Both the position numbers and the translations under genes were made by a program. DNA of 63,968 bases, filler included, from Aduncisulcus paluster (Eukaryota): NCBI GenBank assembly GCA_024181965.1. It is 10 parts of 10 records of this genome, joined end to end, with 100 filler letters (N's around TTAATTAATTAA, not from the genome) between each part and the next. Parts side by side here need not be neighbours in the genome. Positions count along the whole stretch, not along the records: positions 44,569 to 48,193 come from BQXS01009725.1; positions 48,294 to 59,255 come from BQXS01009726.1; 8 more parts are not named here. The stretch is one strand, 5' to 3'. Below the pieces are notes generated by a model. The model was not told where the DNA came from, ran no database searches, and was given only the letters and a program-made list of their open reading frames with translations. Shown piece after piece: positions 44,816 through 56,731 of the stretch (the stretch's first letter is position 1; every line of letters starts with the position of its first letter).

Positions 44816-45030
44816 AACGGGTCAAAGAGTGTTGTTTGCTTAAATAATAGTTGTTTGTTACGCCAAGAGAATGATCACGAAGAGGAGAACAGGGTTTCGG
44901 CCATGAGATGCCCTCTTCAAGTGAGAGGAGGATGTGGTGACCATTCTCAGGGACATTCTAAAAATAGATTGGTTCGCTCGAGATCTGTTTATTAATAAAT
45001 TGGACCGCATTATCGTATAGTTTGGCCACA
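44816..45030. repeat. Second copy of the LTR-like dispersed repeat
   Basis: Matches about 41453-41668. Confidence 0.85.
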
Positions 45031-45045
45031 GGGTCACCACATCCT

Positions 45046-46345
45046 ATTTAATTAAGGAAATTAAAGCCATGAAATTGCGTTCAGAATCAATTAAAACGAT
45101 CATTACCGATAGAGAGCCAATGATGGAGTTTGTGGCAACGCAATTAGTGGAAGCTGGCTATGGGAAAAAATGGACACCGTGCCTATCCCATATTCTTAAT
45201 TCCGTAATCAGTACATATATAAATTATTATTTTGAGTTAGTTCCTCAATTTTTAAATGATTATAACAAGGCCTTAAGTTCATCTTGTCAGGAAAATCACG
45301 CAATTCGTGATATTTTTAAAATTAGACGACCTCGATACACTGCAATAAGATGGAGTTCTTTACTTGAAGAATACTTTATAATATGTTCACATTGGGAAGA
45401 ATTAAAAATAGCCTTCCAAAGGCTAAAAACTCAGTCAGAAGATGTATGTCGATGCAGAGAATTTTTGGAAAATAGAGGTTATCAGAACTTTGCGGATACG
45501 TTAATATCCGACTTTATACCAATATCAATGGAAGCTATAAGAGTTAGTCAATTTGAATCGCCAACATTTGATGGGTATATTAAAATTTCTGAGTTTCGAG
45601 ACAAAATGGTTTCTGAGTGGAAATCTGGCGAAATTCGGTCTCGACCATTCATGACCGCTTTCATTATATGTGGAATTCCTCTTTGTGCGATTGTAAAATT
45701 TTTGGACACAGAAATGCAAAGAAAAATTCAAATGTTAAAATTGCCTGTTCCTTTATCAAAAACAACATTATATAGGGATTCAAAACATTCCATGCACAAA
45801 GCATTGATGGATGCTCGAAGTCTCGCATTGTCAAGCTCCTTACACGATTATACTTGATAAAAGTGTCACTCATGGCAAAGCAGTCTTACCAGTTATTATA
45901 TATAACAATTTCGGAAGATTCGCGGTAACTTACATCGATGTGGGGAAAATTAAAGAAGATATATTTATAAAAGCATTGACAAATGAATTGAAAGCCACAT
46001 TAGAATGTGAAAGAAGACATCCAGAGCTTATACGGTATTCCACTACATCTGATGATTCACCAAATAATTTATGTTTAACCTTTGAGAATCTTGTGACAAA
46101 CGTTGAAAGCTCAATATCGTGTGCCCACGACACGATCCAGAGAAAATTACCACCACCGTATGGAATTCTCTCTAAAGCAATTAAAACGAACTAAATGAAA
46201 TAGGAATAATTGGAAGCAGCATAAGTGCAATAATAACAGACCGAGAACCCCTTATGATTCGAATTGCCAAGACTTTGAATGAGGAAGGGTATGGAGATAT
46301 TTGGTTACCGTGTATTGCTCATTTAGCAAATTCAATTATTAAATT
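45046..46345 (+). mobile_element. Degenerate hAT transposase with reiterated core
   Basis: IITDREP, PCLSH, RWSSLL, then GIPLCAIVKFLD, IILDKS, IITDREP, WLPCIAH again. Confidence 0.8.
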
Positions 46346-46641
46346 TTTCCGTAATATTTTATTTAATCTGGTTTTACACATTTTTGCTTTTTTTTTGTGA
46401 TCGTCAAAGCGATAATTATCACTCAAAACGATCATAGTAATAATTTTAACGTTAATGGATGTTGTTTCAATTAATATATTAGTTGAATCTTCGTAATATT
46501 CTGAAATCTTAAAAAGCACAAAAAGATGATGATAAGCTCCCTCTGAGGGGGGAAGGAAGGATAATGAAAGCGTTATAAAGCAATTTTAATGATAGATTAA
46601 GTGCGTTAACCCTCGATCCTGCATCTTTATGTCCAATAGCT

Positions 46642-46994
46642 CATGAAACATCCATGAAACATGCATGAAACATGCATGAAATATTCATGAAACATCCATG
46701 AAATATCCATGAAGAATGAATGAAATATTCATGAAATATGGATGGAAAATGCACACCTTCTGCGCGAAAAAAGTGCATATAATCCATATGATATCTGCGG
46801 GATATCTTGCCGAATATCTGCGTGATATGGCTACCATATAAGACATACTAATCTGCGTGATTATGATACAATATCTGCGTGATATTGATGGAATGTCTGA
46901 AGGAGATCTGCGTGATCCCTGTACAACATCTGCGTGATGTCCCTTATTGTCCAATTGGAATCTGCGCGATTTCAGGAGAGTATCTGCGTGATAC
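46642..46994. repeat. 11-bp tandem repeat CATGAAA(C/T)ATN x about 10, followed by spaced ATCTGCGTGAT motifs
   Basis: Motif starts at 46793, 46816, 46851, 46873, 46906, 46928, 46960, 46982. Confidence 0.92.
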
Positions 46995-47369
46995 TGTAAG
47001 CACTTAGAGTTCTTTTCCCTTACTCAAGGTTTTCTCTCTAAAACACAACGTGGAACCAGCCTCTGAGGGTAGTGTTGGGAATCCATAGATTCTCAAGGTC
47101 TAATTATAGACTCTGGATCCCTTGTGTTTATTTAATAAATTGTATCAAACAATTCTTACTCTAAACTACAAAAGTGTCTAGTTTGTTCTGTTTGTAAGAA
47201 AGAGTGTTACNNNNNNNNNNNNNNNNNNNNGTGATGTCCCTTATTGTCCAATTGGAATCTGCGCGATTTCAGGAGAGTATCTGCGTGATACTGTAAGCAC
47301 TTAGAGTTCTTTTCCCTTACTCAAGGTTTTCTCTCTAAAACACAACGTGGAACCAGCCTCTGAGGGTAG

Positions 47370-48193
47370 TGTTGGGAATCCATAGATTCTCAAGGTCTAA
47401 TTATAGACTCTGGATCCCTTGTGTTTATTTAATAAATTGTATCAAACAATTCTTACTCTAAACTACAAAAGTGTCTAGTTTGTTCTGTTTGTAAGAAAGA
47501 GTGTTACGGTCTTGCCGGTTCTAGCCGAGCTATCGGCCCCTTCATAACAATAAATGTTCCTTACCATACAATTCTACAGACATACAACAAAGAGATTTAC
47601 AAAATCAAAACTCAAGGGATTCTTCAACACATTATTACTCAAGACCACCAAGATAAGGTAAGAACACTGATAGGAAATGAATTATTATTTCCTGGAAGCA
47701 AATCTGCACTCATTAGAGTTGTAACTAAAGCCATGATGAGATCTTCAACTCCTCCAGAAAGAGTATCTGAACTTTATTCTGAGGATGTAATCAAAACTGT
47801 TTGCTCAGTAGGTGCTTCTGCTAGCGTTCCTTCTCCATTTCAAGTCAGAAAGTGTTCCTTATCTTTGTCTCAAGAAGCTGTTTCTTCTTTTGTTGAGAGT
47901 TCTTCTTTCTTCTCACTCATTCTTGATTCTGGAAATAAGAATTCATGTCATGATCTTGCCATTATTGCACAATCGTCTAAAGAAGTAATTCTTTTGGGTC
48001 TCATTGATATTTTTCAGCTTCGTAAAAAACTAACATCAAGTGAAGTTGTGGAAATTGAAGATAGTTCCGAGTCAGACTCTGAAGAAGAATCGGCTAAAAA
48101 AGAAGAATGGAGCTGTGACGATTCTCTTTCAATTTCAGATGGAGATAAAAATGATCCCCTTCCCTTAGCTGTTATTTCATCAAATATTCTTAT
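47370..48193 (+). pseudogene. Degenerate retropepsin-like aspartic protease ORF
   Basis: One frame reads LIIDSGS (two stops follow)...LIGNELL, then LILDSGN...ILLGLID. Confidence 0.4.
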
Positions 48194-48293
48194 NNNNNNN
48201 NNNNNNNNNNNNNNNNNNNNNNNNNNNNNNNNNNNNNTTAATTAATTAANNNNNNNNNNNNNNNNNNNNNNNNNNNNNNNNNNNNNNNNNNNN

Positions 48294-48630
48294 AATTGAG
48301 ACATCTTTGTGTCCTGAGAAAGATGGATATTCATACGCTTCCCATGTATGTTCTGTTATGAATCTGCATAAAACTATTCCACATCGCAAAGACAAAATCT
48401 CTTGCTATCATGACATTATCAGTGGAAAAGAAATGCAAATCCAACATGTTCTTAAACGTGATGGATCGAGTTCTCAAGATATCCTCACACACTCTTCTCT
48501 CATCCAATACACTTCTCCTCCCCAACACATGCTTGTTAAGATGCCACTTGATGATGAGAGATCCTTGAGACAATCTGTGTATGATCTGATTGAACACACA
48601 GGTGGAGGTGTGGAAGCTTTGTTTGAATAA
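48294..48630 (+). pseudogene. C-terminal fragment of the multicopy family; near-identical inverted copy of about 57520-57853
   Basis: Same CPEKDGYSY...LIEHTGGGVE peptide. Confidence 0.8.
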
Positions 48631-48676
48631 GGAGCGTATGAATATCAGGGAGTTTAATGCAGGTCAATCACATCCT

Positions 48677-49030
48677 TCAAGAGCAGTACCCTGGAGTTCC
48701 AACGTACATGGTTTGGCTTAACAGACGCATTGTTCGTTCACTACAGTCAACAGATCCCTCAAAGTCACACAGAATACCATTGCCAAAGGAATCAATCAAA
48801 ATGTTTGTCGGTTTCAAGTCACAATGAACAATGAACTGACTATGAAGATGAGCAAGAGCAGAAAGAACACAAGTGAGAACGTGTTTAACAGCCTCAAAAT
48901 CAGGATGGGTATTGTTTATCCAATAGAACATATCTCTGTGTGCATAGTAAGGAAACACGAGATAGGCTCCTTTTCGAGATGGGTATGCTTGATGAGGGCC
49001 ATATTGTTCGTTTGAAGGGTATGAATCATA
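48677..49030 (-). pseudogene. Protein kinase fragment (subdomains V-VIII)
   Basis: HCDLKPTNILID, LCDFEG, YVGTPGY; N-lobe and C-terminal subdomains absent. Confidence 0.8.
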
Positions 49031-49404
49031 CCGTATGATCAAGAAGCATGGCAGTTTATTACGCTGAATGATCACAACACAAGAGAGGCACATGAAATGT
49101 AAATTCATAAATAAATAACTATGTAATGATTGTGATCATTGATCATTAAATGTTCATAATGCATTGTAATTTGTCAATCCAATTCACTTCGTGAAAGAGG
49201 AACGTGCCAACGACAGCATGAACAATGTGTGAAGTTTATCTGCCCCGGATATCCTTGTTCTTCCCAAGCTCTCCACATGAGGATAAAATGAATGTGAACG
49301 AAACACAGAAGAGACCGAAATAAATTCGTGAAGTGCTAAAGCATGAAGTGGAGGGATAACATCAACCTTCTTCTTGATAATGATCCCTTTGAGGACCTTT
49401 TAAC

Positions 49405-49713
49405 TCATTTCAATGGAAGGCCTCGACCAATAACATCATCAACATGATCACTCTCAGAGGGGGTTTCTTTCTCAGGTTGGGAGGAGAAAACACGCCAGAA
49501 CCTCAAACCAGCAGATACAACGGTGACATTGTCAGGACCCAAACGTGCATGGAGCACCCTATTCGTATGTCCAGTAAAATGTGTCAACACGCTCAATGCA
49601 TCGACCAGATGTTGTATTCCAGATTCAGATGGAACGGTCAGTTGTACCACCACCAGTGGCAAGTAAATCGTGCTGGAAGGGAGCCCAAGCAAGGGCTTTA
49701 ACAGCAGCAGCAT
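49405..49713 (-). pseudogene. CDC20/Cdh1 (Fizzy family) WD40 C-terminal fragment
   Basis: [30 protein letters not shown]...VDT in one frame, GHTNRVLH...VVSAG-LRFWRVF in another; internal stop and deletions. Confidence 0.8.
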
Positions 49714-49771
49714 CTTTCAGGGTGTGGATCGATTTCCCGCCTTCTCTTCTCCAAATCTTGACAGAATTATT

Positions 49772-52219
49772 CTATTCCAAAAGCAAAGAATCCATAGAAC
49801 CAAGGCTTGATGCGCTATAATAGTCAAACCGATTACATTCGAATAAAGAACCATAAAATCCAGAATTTACAGTTTGACACAACCCATAAAACCCATCTTT
49901 ATCCTTTTCACTGAAACCTAAGGTGGACAAAAACTTGGTAACATTTCGTTTAAATTCACCAGCTCTGCTTTTATCCATTGGAACATGCAACATGACTCTT
50001 GCCCCAAATTCTTCATCGTCACACCTATACATGCTCTCGAACCTTCTCAAACTATCATCCTCAGCCAACCTGGTGGATGGTAACTCACGTCCAATATCCC
50101 TTTCGATCTCCGCCTTGACAAATTGGGTGTACACGCAGGCCTTATTCACGCATTGCTCTGTCCAGTGTGTGATCAAAGTCTCTTTCAACCTGATAGTGAC
50201 GCTTTGCAGGGTTGTATTCACAAACGAAAGAATATACGGGAAGGGTTTCCTCAACATAACATGTGAAGTGGGACTAAACAAAGCTCTCTTCCTAACCTTT
50301 TCATGAAGATGGTGGAAATCATTGTTCTCTTTGGTTTTGTAGGGAACAAAATTTCTCACAACGTCACTCACTCTTACACCATCCCGTACATGACTCTCTC
50401 GTTTGCTGTGAGCAACGGAGAGAGGTTTCCCGAGTTGCATCAACACTTTTCCTCCTTTTCTTGCAACTTCCACAATTCCACATTCTGGCCCAACCTCATC
50501 AAACACACACATGCATATATGCGAGAACACTATTGGATTTGAGAGGGTATGAGGAGGGGGGGCAGCGATGGGAACTTTCTTCACTCGCTTCATATCACGA
50601 TGACCAGAAGACTTGCGGGTTGACCCAGACTCGCCATACCCAACCCCACTTTTCACTGACAAAACCTGCCCATCGACACACTCTGACCACATATATAAGG
50701 ACTCGAATGTGGCATTCTGGAGAGACATTCCAGGCAGCAAAGGTCGTGGAAACGAGGGCTTAGCTGTGAAAGACGAGGAAGAACTGCTCGAAGAGTGATG
50801 TCTGTGGTGTCCGCGACCAGCAATAGGCGAGGAAGCGATGGGATGAGACGTGGTCGAAAGAGAAGAGAGAGAGCTCTCACTGGGTGGCAAAGAAGAGGAA
50901 GTTGAGGACAACGAGGAAGTCGACGAAGACTCAGAACTTGGAGAACCGCTCGAATGGGAAGAAGAGGAGGATGTAGGGGTTAGGGAAACCATTGGAGAAG
51001 GGTAAAAACTTGATCTACCTCCGTGTTTCCAAGATTCCTTAGTGGAGTGGACAAGTGGATCCTTTGTGGAAATATGCTGTGAGTGATGAACAGAAATATG
51101 CTGGTCTTCGTCATCTTCAGGATTATATATGCACACTTTCCCTTTCTTCTCACGAGCAAGACAGACTCGAAGAAGCCTAACAATACTCTGAGCAACATCA
51201 ACATCAGCCGTGGAACTAATAACACAAACGTTGAAGGAACACGCATGCAAGAGGGAGATCAGAAGTGCAACAGAAGCCGAAGAGAGCATCGAAAGGGCAG
51301 AGACAAAGGGAACAGAGGCGGAAGCAGGAGGGAAAGAAGAGTGGGAGCGAGGAAGACGACGTTCATATGAAGATGGGAATAAACTGAAACCTTTGGAATA
51401 ACTTTTATCAAATGAACCCACTGTTGGCATCCTAAGAGATCCACCAAGCCGATCAGGAACGAATTGTGGGAGAGCCAACAGAGGAACAGGGTTTGGGGGA
51501 TCTTGAGGTGAATAGTCGAACGATGGAAATGATTTCCAGATATACCCTGGCGTAATATGATCGATTGAGGCTGATATGACTCCATGACTATATATATGAA
51601 GATATTTGATCTTTTCTATAACATTATCAACAATATCCATCACATCACATTCGTTATGGGACAAAGTTAATTGCGTGGAGCGACTTATTCGTTTACCTTC
51701 CTTGAGGAGAGTCTCAACGAGAAAAGAGGTTGGTGGAAATGAAGCTTTAGGATGACAGCGAATAGTTATTGCTATTCGGGTAGGATTCATGGTATTAAGA
51801 ACATTATTTAAATCAATTGCTGATTGAGTCAGGTGTGATACTGGGCCGCTTTTGGATGAAGCTCGCTTCTTTCTTCGAGATCTCTTCGCGGCAAAAAGAA
51901 AGCAGACTAAGAATTGTAAATTTCGTTCATTAGCACCATAATCAGCTTTAGTAACAAAAAATAAAACCTTTGACTCTATATGATAGCGAATAGGATCTAA
52001 TATTGAGTGTATAGCGTAATTCTCACCGTAGTCCGATACTTTTCCACTTTCTCGGAAAGATGTCCTCCCTAATTCACCAGCTAAAGCTAATCTAGCATCC
52101 TCTTTTGAATATAATTCTCCCTTATCATTGGGAACAGAGTGTAAAATCCTTGGACCATATGTGTTGTCAAAATAACACAATTGGGTTTGAATAAAAAATG
52201 ATTTATGTTTAATTATCAT
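49772..52219 (-). CDS. C9orf72-like DENN/longin protein
   Basis: CYFDNTYGPRI and LAGELGR...ESG parallel C9orf72 AYWDNILGPRV and LNGEILR..ESG (recalled); similar C-terminal helices. Confidence 0.7.
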   Translation of the reverse strand: MIIKHKSFFIQTQLCYFDNTYGPRILHSVPNDKGELYSKEDARLALAGELGRTSFRESGKVSDYGENYAIHSILDPIRYHIESKVLFFVTKADYGANERNLQFLVCFLFAAKRSRRKKRASSKSGPVSHLTQSAIDLNNVLNTMNPTRIAITIRCHPKASFPPTSFLVETLLKEGKRISRSTQLTLSHNECDVMDIVDNVIEKIKYLHIYSHGVISASIDHITPGYIWKSFPSFDYSPQDPPNPVPLLALPQFVPDRLGGSLRMPTVGSFDKSYSKGFSLFPSSYERRLPRSHSSFPPASASVPFVSALSMLSSASVALLISLLHACSFNVCVISSTADVDVAQSIVRLLRVCLAREKKGKVCIYNPEDDEDQHISVHHSQHISTKDPLVHSTKESWKHGGRSSFYPSPMVSLTPTSSSSSHSSGSPSSESSSTSSLSSTSSSLPPSESSLSSLSTTSHPIASSPIAGRGHHRHHSSSSSSSSFTAKPSFPRPLLPGMSLQNATFESLYMWSECVDGQVLSVKSGVGYGESGSTRKSSGHRDMKRVKKVPIAAPPPHTLSNPIVFSHICMCVFDEVGPECGIVEVARKGGKVLMQLGKPLSVAHSKRESHVRDGVRVSDVVRNFVPYKTKENNDFHHLHEKVRKRALFSPTSHVMLRKPFPYILSFVNTTLQSVTIRLKETLITHWTEQCVNKACVYTQFVKAEIERDIGRELPSTRLAEDDSLRRFESMYRCDDEEFGARVMLHVPMDKSRAGEFKRNVTKFLSTLGFSEKDKDGFYGLCQTVNSGFYGSLFECNRFDYYSASSLGSMDSLLLE

Positions 52220-52647
52220 GAAATAGTGATATTAATAAACAAAAAATTGGAATGATTCCAAACAACACTCTAAAGAAAGATCAAACTCACGTTTTTTTTG
52301 TAGGAAACTACTGGGACATGGCGGCTTATTTTAATGTGATTAAAGAAAATAAATAAAATATAAAAAGGGACATTCTTTTCCCAACTTGGGATAATTCCAT
52401 GACAATGGCTACATAGTGACAAATCGCAATTCTTCAGAGTTTGGAACACGAAATCATATTGAATCTATGCAAAAAGTAATTAATGCTATAAATCAATAAT
52501 TTATTAAGCAATGGTTATTCCTTTTTTCACTGGATGCATAATTATATGAAAAGAAACTATTCCACCATTGTATGAAATTGTTTTTCCCATTCACAAGTCT
52601 TTCTTTTGAACAAAATTAAACATACCTTCGATTTAAAATCAAAAAAT

Positions 52648-55600
52648 ATGGAAATAATCAATGGAAGAAAGGTGGAAGAGATTTTCTTGCGTTATCTGCA
52701 CAAAGACCATCAAGAAAGAGCGAAAGTTGATTCTTATATTGCAACATATGATCCATCAGTGAGTTTCAATCTTGATGTATTTATTAAACCATGCATCTTC
52801 TTCAAGTCGTATTCTTCATCCAAATTTTCTCATCCTGATGATCTGGTGTTATTGTTTTTTTTATATTGCCATCCAAGAACTTCCAGAAAAGTGTACGAAT
52901 GCTTTTGTAAGACAATATGTCGGTCGATTAAACTTGTCCATAAAACATTCCCAACACCTTCTTCATTGGATTTGACAGTATTATTCAATTTGGATGATAA
53001 TAATGGGAGCACAGTCTCTCTTCTTTATAAACTTATGGATTCTAAGTTCTGGGTTTCCATTGAGAGACGGTATTCTATCCATTCAGAGTTACTTGCATAT
53101 TCTCAGTCAGCTAAACACGATTTTGACATTAACATGGCAAGTACTCCACAAAAACGTCGATTCTCAAGTCCTTCAAGAGTATCTATATTCAAAACCCGGC
53201 TTAATATCAATTTATTTCAAAACTCAACAATATCCAAGATATTTCATATTTCTTCTGGATATAAGGGACCTTTAATGGCTCACGATACGATTATATCGTT
53301 TTTCCCAGCACCAATGACGTCTGAACGTTGTGGTCGTGTCTATGGTGCGAATGCTACAACTCTCTGCTCTTCCTTTTGTATTTTATGCTCAAATTCAATC
53401 AGAGATTCTGACCAATGCCAATGTGCCTTTTCAAGATCAAATGAATGTCCTCTTATTGTTGCTATTTCACACCATACCCACTCGTATACACCCGCAGAGT
53501 TGTGTGAGATTGTTGGCCTTCCATCTATTCCTTCTCATTCTCCGTGGATTGATTTATTCACATATTCACGCCCCATTTCCTCTTTCACTGAGTCTTTGCT
53601 CTCACTGACAGCACATATTACACGCTCACTCTCAAAGATTTCCCTCAAGGGTAGTCAACATTCAGAGAGTTGTGACATACAGTCATCTCCCTTGGGTTTT
53701 GTGAGTGAGGAAAAGATAGAGAAAGAATGGGACCGAGTAATGTCCTATCTTCTCTCTCTTTCTAGATCTATATTTTACCCCAAGGATACTCATACATCAA
53801 CTGCTGATGATCATTGTGCACTGTGCATGTTCTTGAGTCTTATTAGTTCTCAATTGTCCAGGATAACGATAATCACAGCTCCAGAAGAAGGCTTAATTGA
53901 TGGAGAATATACTAGAATAGCTGACCGTGATGGTATGTATCTTGCTGAGTCGTCTCATGATCGTTCTGGGCTTTCAGATATGTCAGATAATACTACATCA
54001 ACTCCTTATTTCAATTTCAGGGTTAACGACCTTCTTTGCTCGTGTGATTGTGATCATCCTGAACGTGTNNNNNNNNNNNNNNNNNNNNCTCTCAAAGATT
54101 TCCCTCAAGGGTAGTCAACATTCAGAGAGTTGTGACATACAGTCATCTCCCTTGGGTTTTGTGAGTGAGGAAAAGATAGAGAAAGAATGGGACCGAGTAA
54201 TGTCCTATCTTCTCTCTCTTTCTAGATCTATATTTTACCCCAAGGATACTCATACATCAACTGCTGATGATCATTGTGCACTGTGCATGTTCTTGAGTCT
54301 TATTAGTTCTCAATTGTCCAGGATAACGATAATCACAGCTCCAGAAGAAGGCTTAATTGATGGAGAATATACTAGAATAGCTGACCGTGATGGTATGTAT
54401 CTTGCTGAGTCGTCTCATGATCGTTCTGGGCTTTCAGATATGTCAGATAATACTACATCAACTCCTTATTTCAATTTCAGTGTTAACGACCTTCTTTGCT
54501 CGTGTGATTGTGATCATCCTGAACGTGTCCCAGCTCCCCTCACGTCCAATCCCCCCCTTGCTCCTCTGCATGTGCTTTTTGTTGGTCGTCTCTGTCCTCA
54601 TTCACATACACTGCATCATACGCTCTCAATGCTTAGTTCTCTTCATGTCCTTGGTGAAGACATCACTCGGCTTGTCACAGGCATTCTTCAAGCAACCTCT
54701 GTACGGAAACATAAGAAGAAAACATTCTCACATCGTCATTATAGTACTGGCCATCATAGTTCAGGAGGAGAAGGTGACACTATGTTGGCTGGATCGATTC
54801 ATTCTGTTGTTTCTACGACATCTGATCATTCCCAACTTCAGTGGATCGATGCAGTGAAGCAATTAGGAAGATCTAAAGTCCACCTTATGACTTCGCCTTC
54901 CTATACTCTCCCAACAATCGAGGCCTCCCGAGTGCTTCATGGATTGATGCATGAACAGCTCCACATACTCCCACGAACATCACATACTCAGCATGTCATC
55001 AGGATGTGTGTGCCGATATGGAGTGTTTCTGAGGGACCCGGTGGGAGGAAAGGAAGATATATGTGCGACTCTGACTGGAAAGAAGTCAGCGATGAGGAGA
55101 TGGGAGTGACTCCTGATGTTCTGAAAGGGTTTTCTCTCGTGGTGCGTGATATTATCGGAGTTGGAAACCTAGGCGAGGAATGGGAAAGAAGGAAATCAAA
55201 GGAAATGAAGTCAAAGACTCTTTGTCGGACAAAGACTGGTTCATTATCAGTACGAAATCCTTGTGTTGTGAAGACTGATAGGAAAAGAGTGGAAGGGAAG
55301 ACTATTGTTAAGAAAGAACAGCCACTTTCCTCATCTCCTAATATAGGTTTCTTAGGCAATAGTGTTTTTCCAGATCATGATCGACTTGTTACTCCCCTCC
55401 AATGCGCTCAACATCTCTGTTTCTCTGAAGGCGGTGTTTCATTGCTTTCACCCCCAGCTCCTTCCTTTCTATCGTTATTTATTGATACTATTCCCTTCTT
55501 ATCTTCCCGTTCATCTTCCATCACCATTCCACCTGCCACTCTAGCTTGCCTCTCTTCTCTCTCGGCTGTGCTTAGTTGTGATGATGCACTGATAAGAATC

Positions 55601-56029
55601 GCCCTCTGTGTTTGCATTGCTCGAGGTGGTCGTATCCTGCGTGACGTGGATATTTGTATTGCCAGTATCGTTTGGGGTACATGTGGTGAACGTAGTGTTG
55701 TAACTGGTGATTCCTCTGCCATGACTCTTTCGTGTCATAAAGGCGACAGAATGGATCGATTGGGAGTTGGATTGAAGATTCCTTCATGGATTGATGGAAA
55801 AACAATGATCGATAATCCCTATGGTCAAGTTGATCGTGGATCTTCGACTGAAATGTCCATTGCTTCGAAACATAAGCCAACGAAAAAGAATTCTGACGGA
55901 TTAAACTTTATATTGCGTCGTTTTGGTGGTTTAAGGAACTATTGGAAAAGATTGAATCGAACTCAAGGTCTGATGGGCATTATCTCATCGAGAACAAAAC
56001 GATTTCAGGTCACAGATGAAAGTTTTTAA
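52648..56029 (+). CDS. Large hypothetical protein, possibly divergent MCM-like (MCMDC2-type)
   Basis: One gene split by duplication at gap 54069-54088; Cys cluster CILC...CQC; DALIRIALCVCIARGGRILRDVDICIA resembles the MCM C-terminal helix; no Walker motifs. Confidence 0.55.
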
Positions 56030-56146
56030 CTAATATATTCATGAAAATACAATGTCGAATTTAACGACTTTTAAATTTTTTTTTGAGGAGCTTCACCATC
56101 AATAACGGACAAGATATATGATTGGTTTTCCATAGATTTACAACCC

Positions 56147-56731
56147 ATGGAACTATTTTTAGAAGATAACTCTTCATCTCCACTGACCACTCGAGGATAT
56201 GCCCTCTCATCTCGAAGAAAGCATCCAGTGTTATCTTGGCTATTGATATTTCCCTTCCAACTTATTCGTCTATCTCTCCAGATCTTTTTATCCATTGCCC
56301 TTGCTTGCCTCGCTTTCTATACCATGTTTACTCTGGCGCAATCACGATTACATTATTCGATTGATATTATTCTTGGGATTTCGGTCTCCTCCTTATGTTG
56401 CACCATTTATTTCTTGAAAAGGAACAAAGTGAGAAGAAGAGGGGCATCAAACTTATTTGAAAGAGTCGTGCAATATTGTGAAGATGAGTTAGCTTGCAAT
56501 GGATTTGCATTGAGAGAACTATCATGCTTGTCCGAAGAGGAGGAGGAGGAGGGTGGGAGAGATCAAGAATCATCTCGTGTTGGGGATGCTTCTCGTGAGA
56601 GGAGGTACACAACACTCGGGGGAATAAAGACATATATTCATCTCGACAATGCATCCCGTAGGTCTCGTTTTTCACTTACACTGCATTGGATGAACACTCA
56701 GTGTGACAGGCTGTCCGATGAACAACTATAA
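56147..56731 (+). CDS. Sphingomyelin/IPC synthase-like (PAP2 family) C-terminal portion
   Basis: TM helices flanking SRLHYSIDIILG (HYxxD motif); upstream SGH motif missing. Confidence 0.55.
   Translation: MELFLEDNSSSPLTTRGYALSSRRKHPVLSWLLIFPFQLIRLSLQIFLSIALACLAFYTMFTLAQSRLHYSIDIILGISVSSLCCTIYFLKRNKVRRRGASNLFERVVQYCEDELACNGFALRELSCLSEEEEEEGGRDQESSRVGDASRERRYTTLGGIKTYIHLDNASRRSRFSLTLHWMNTQCDRLSDEQL

Noticed and set aside
44513-44816. Cys/Val-rich and Thr/Asn-rich ORFs
   Set aside because: Translations of a microsatellite
46793-46994. CRISPR-like repeat-spacer appearance
   Set aside because: Repeat only 11 bp, spacers 11-24 bp, no cas genes, eukaryotic context
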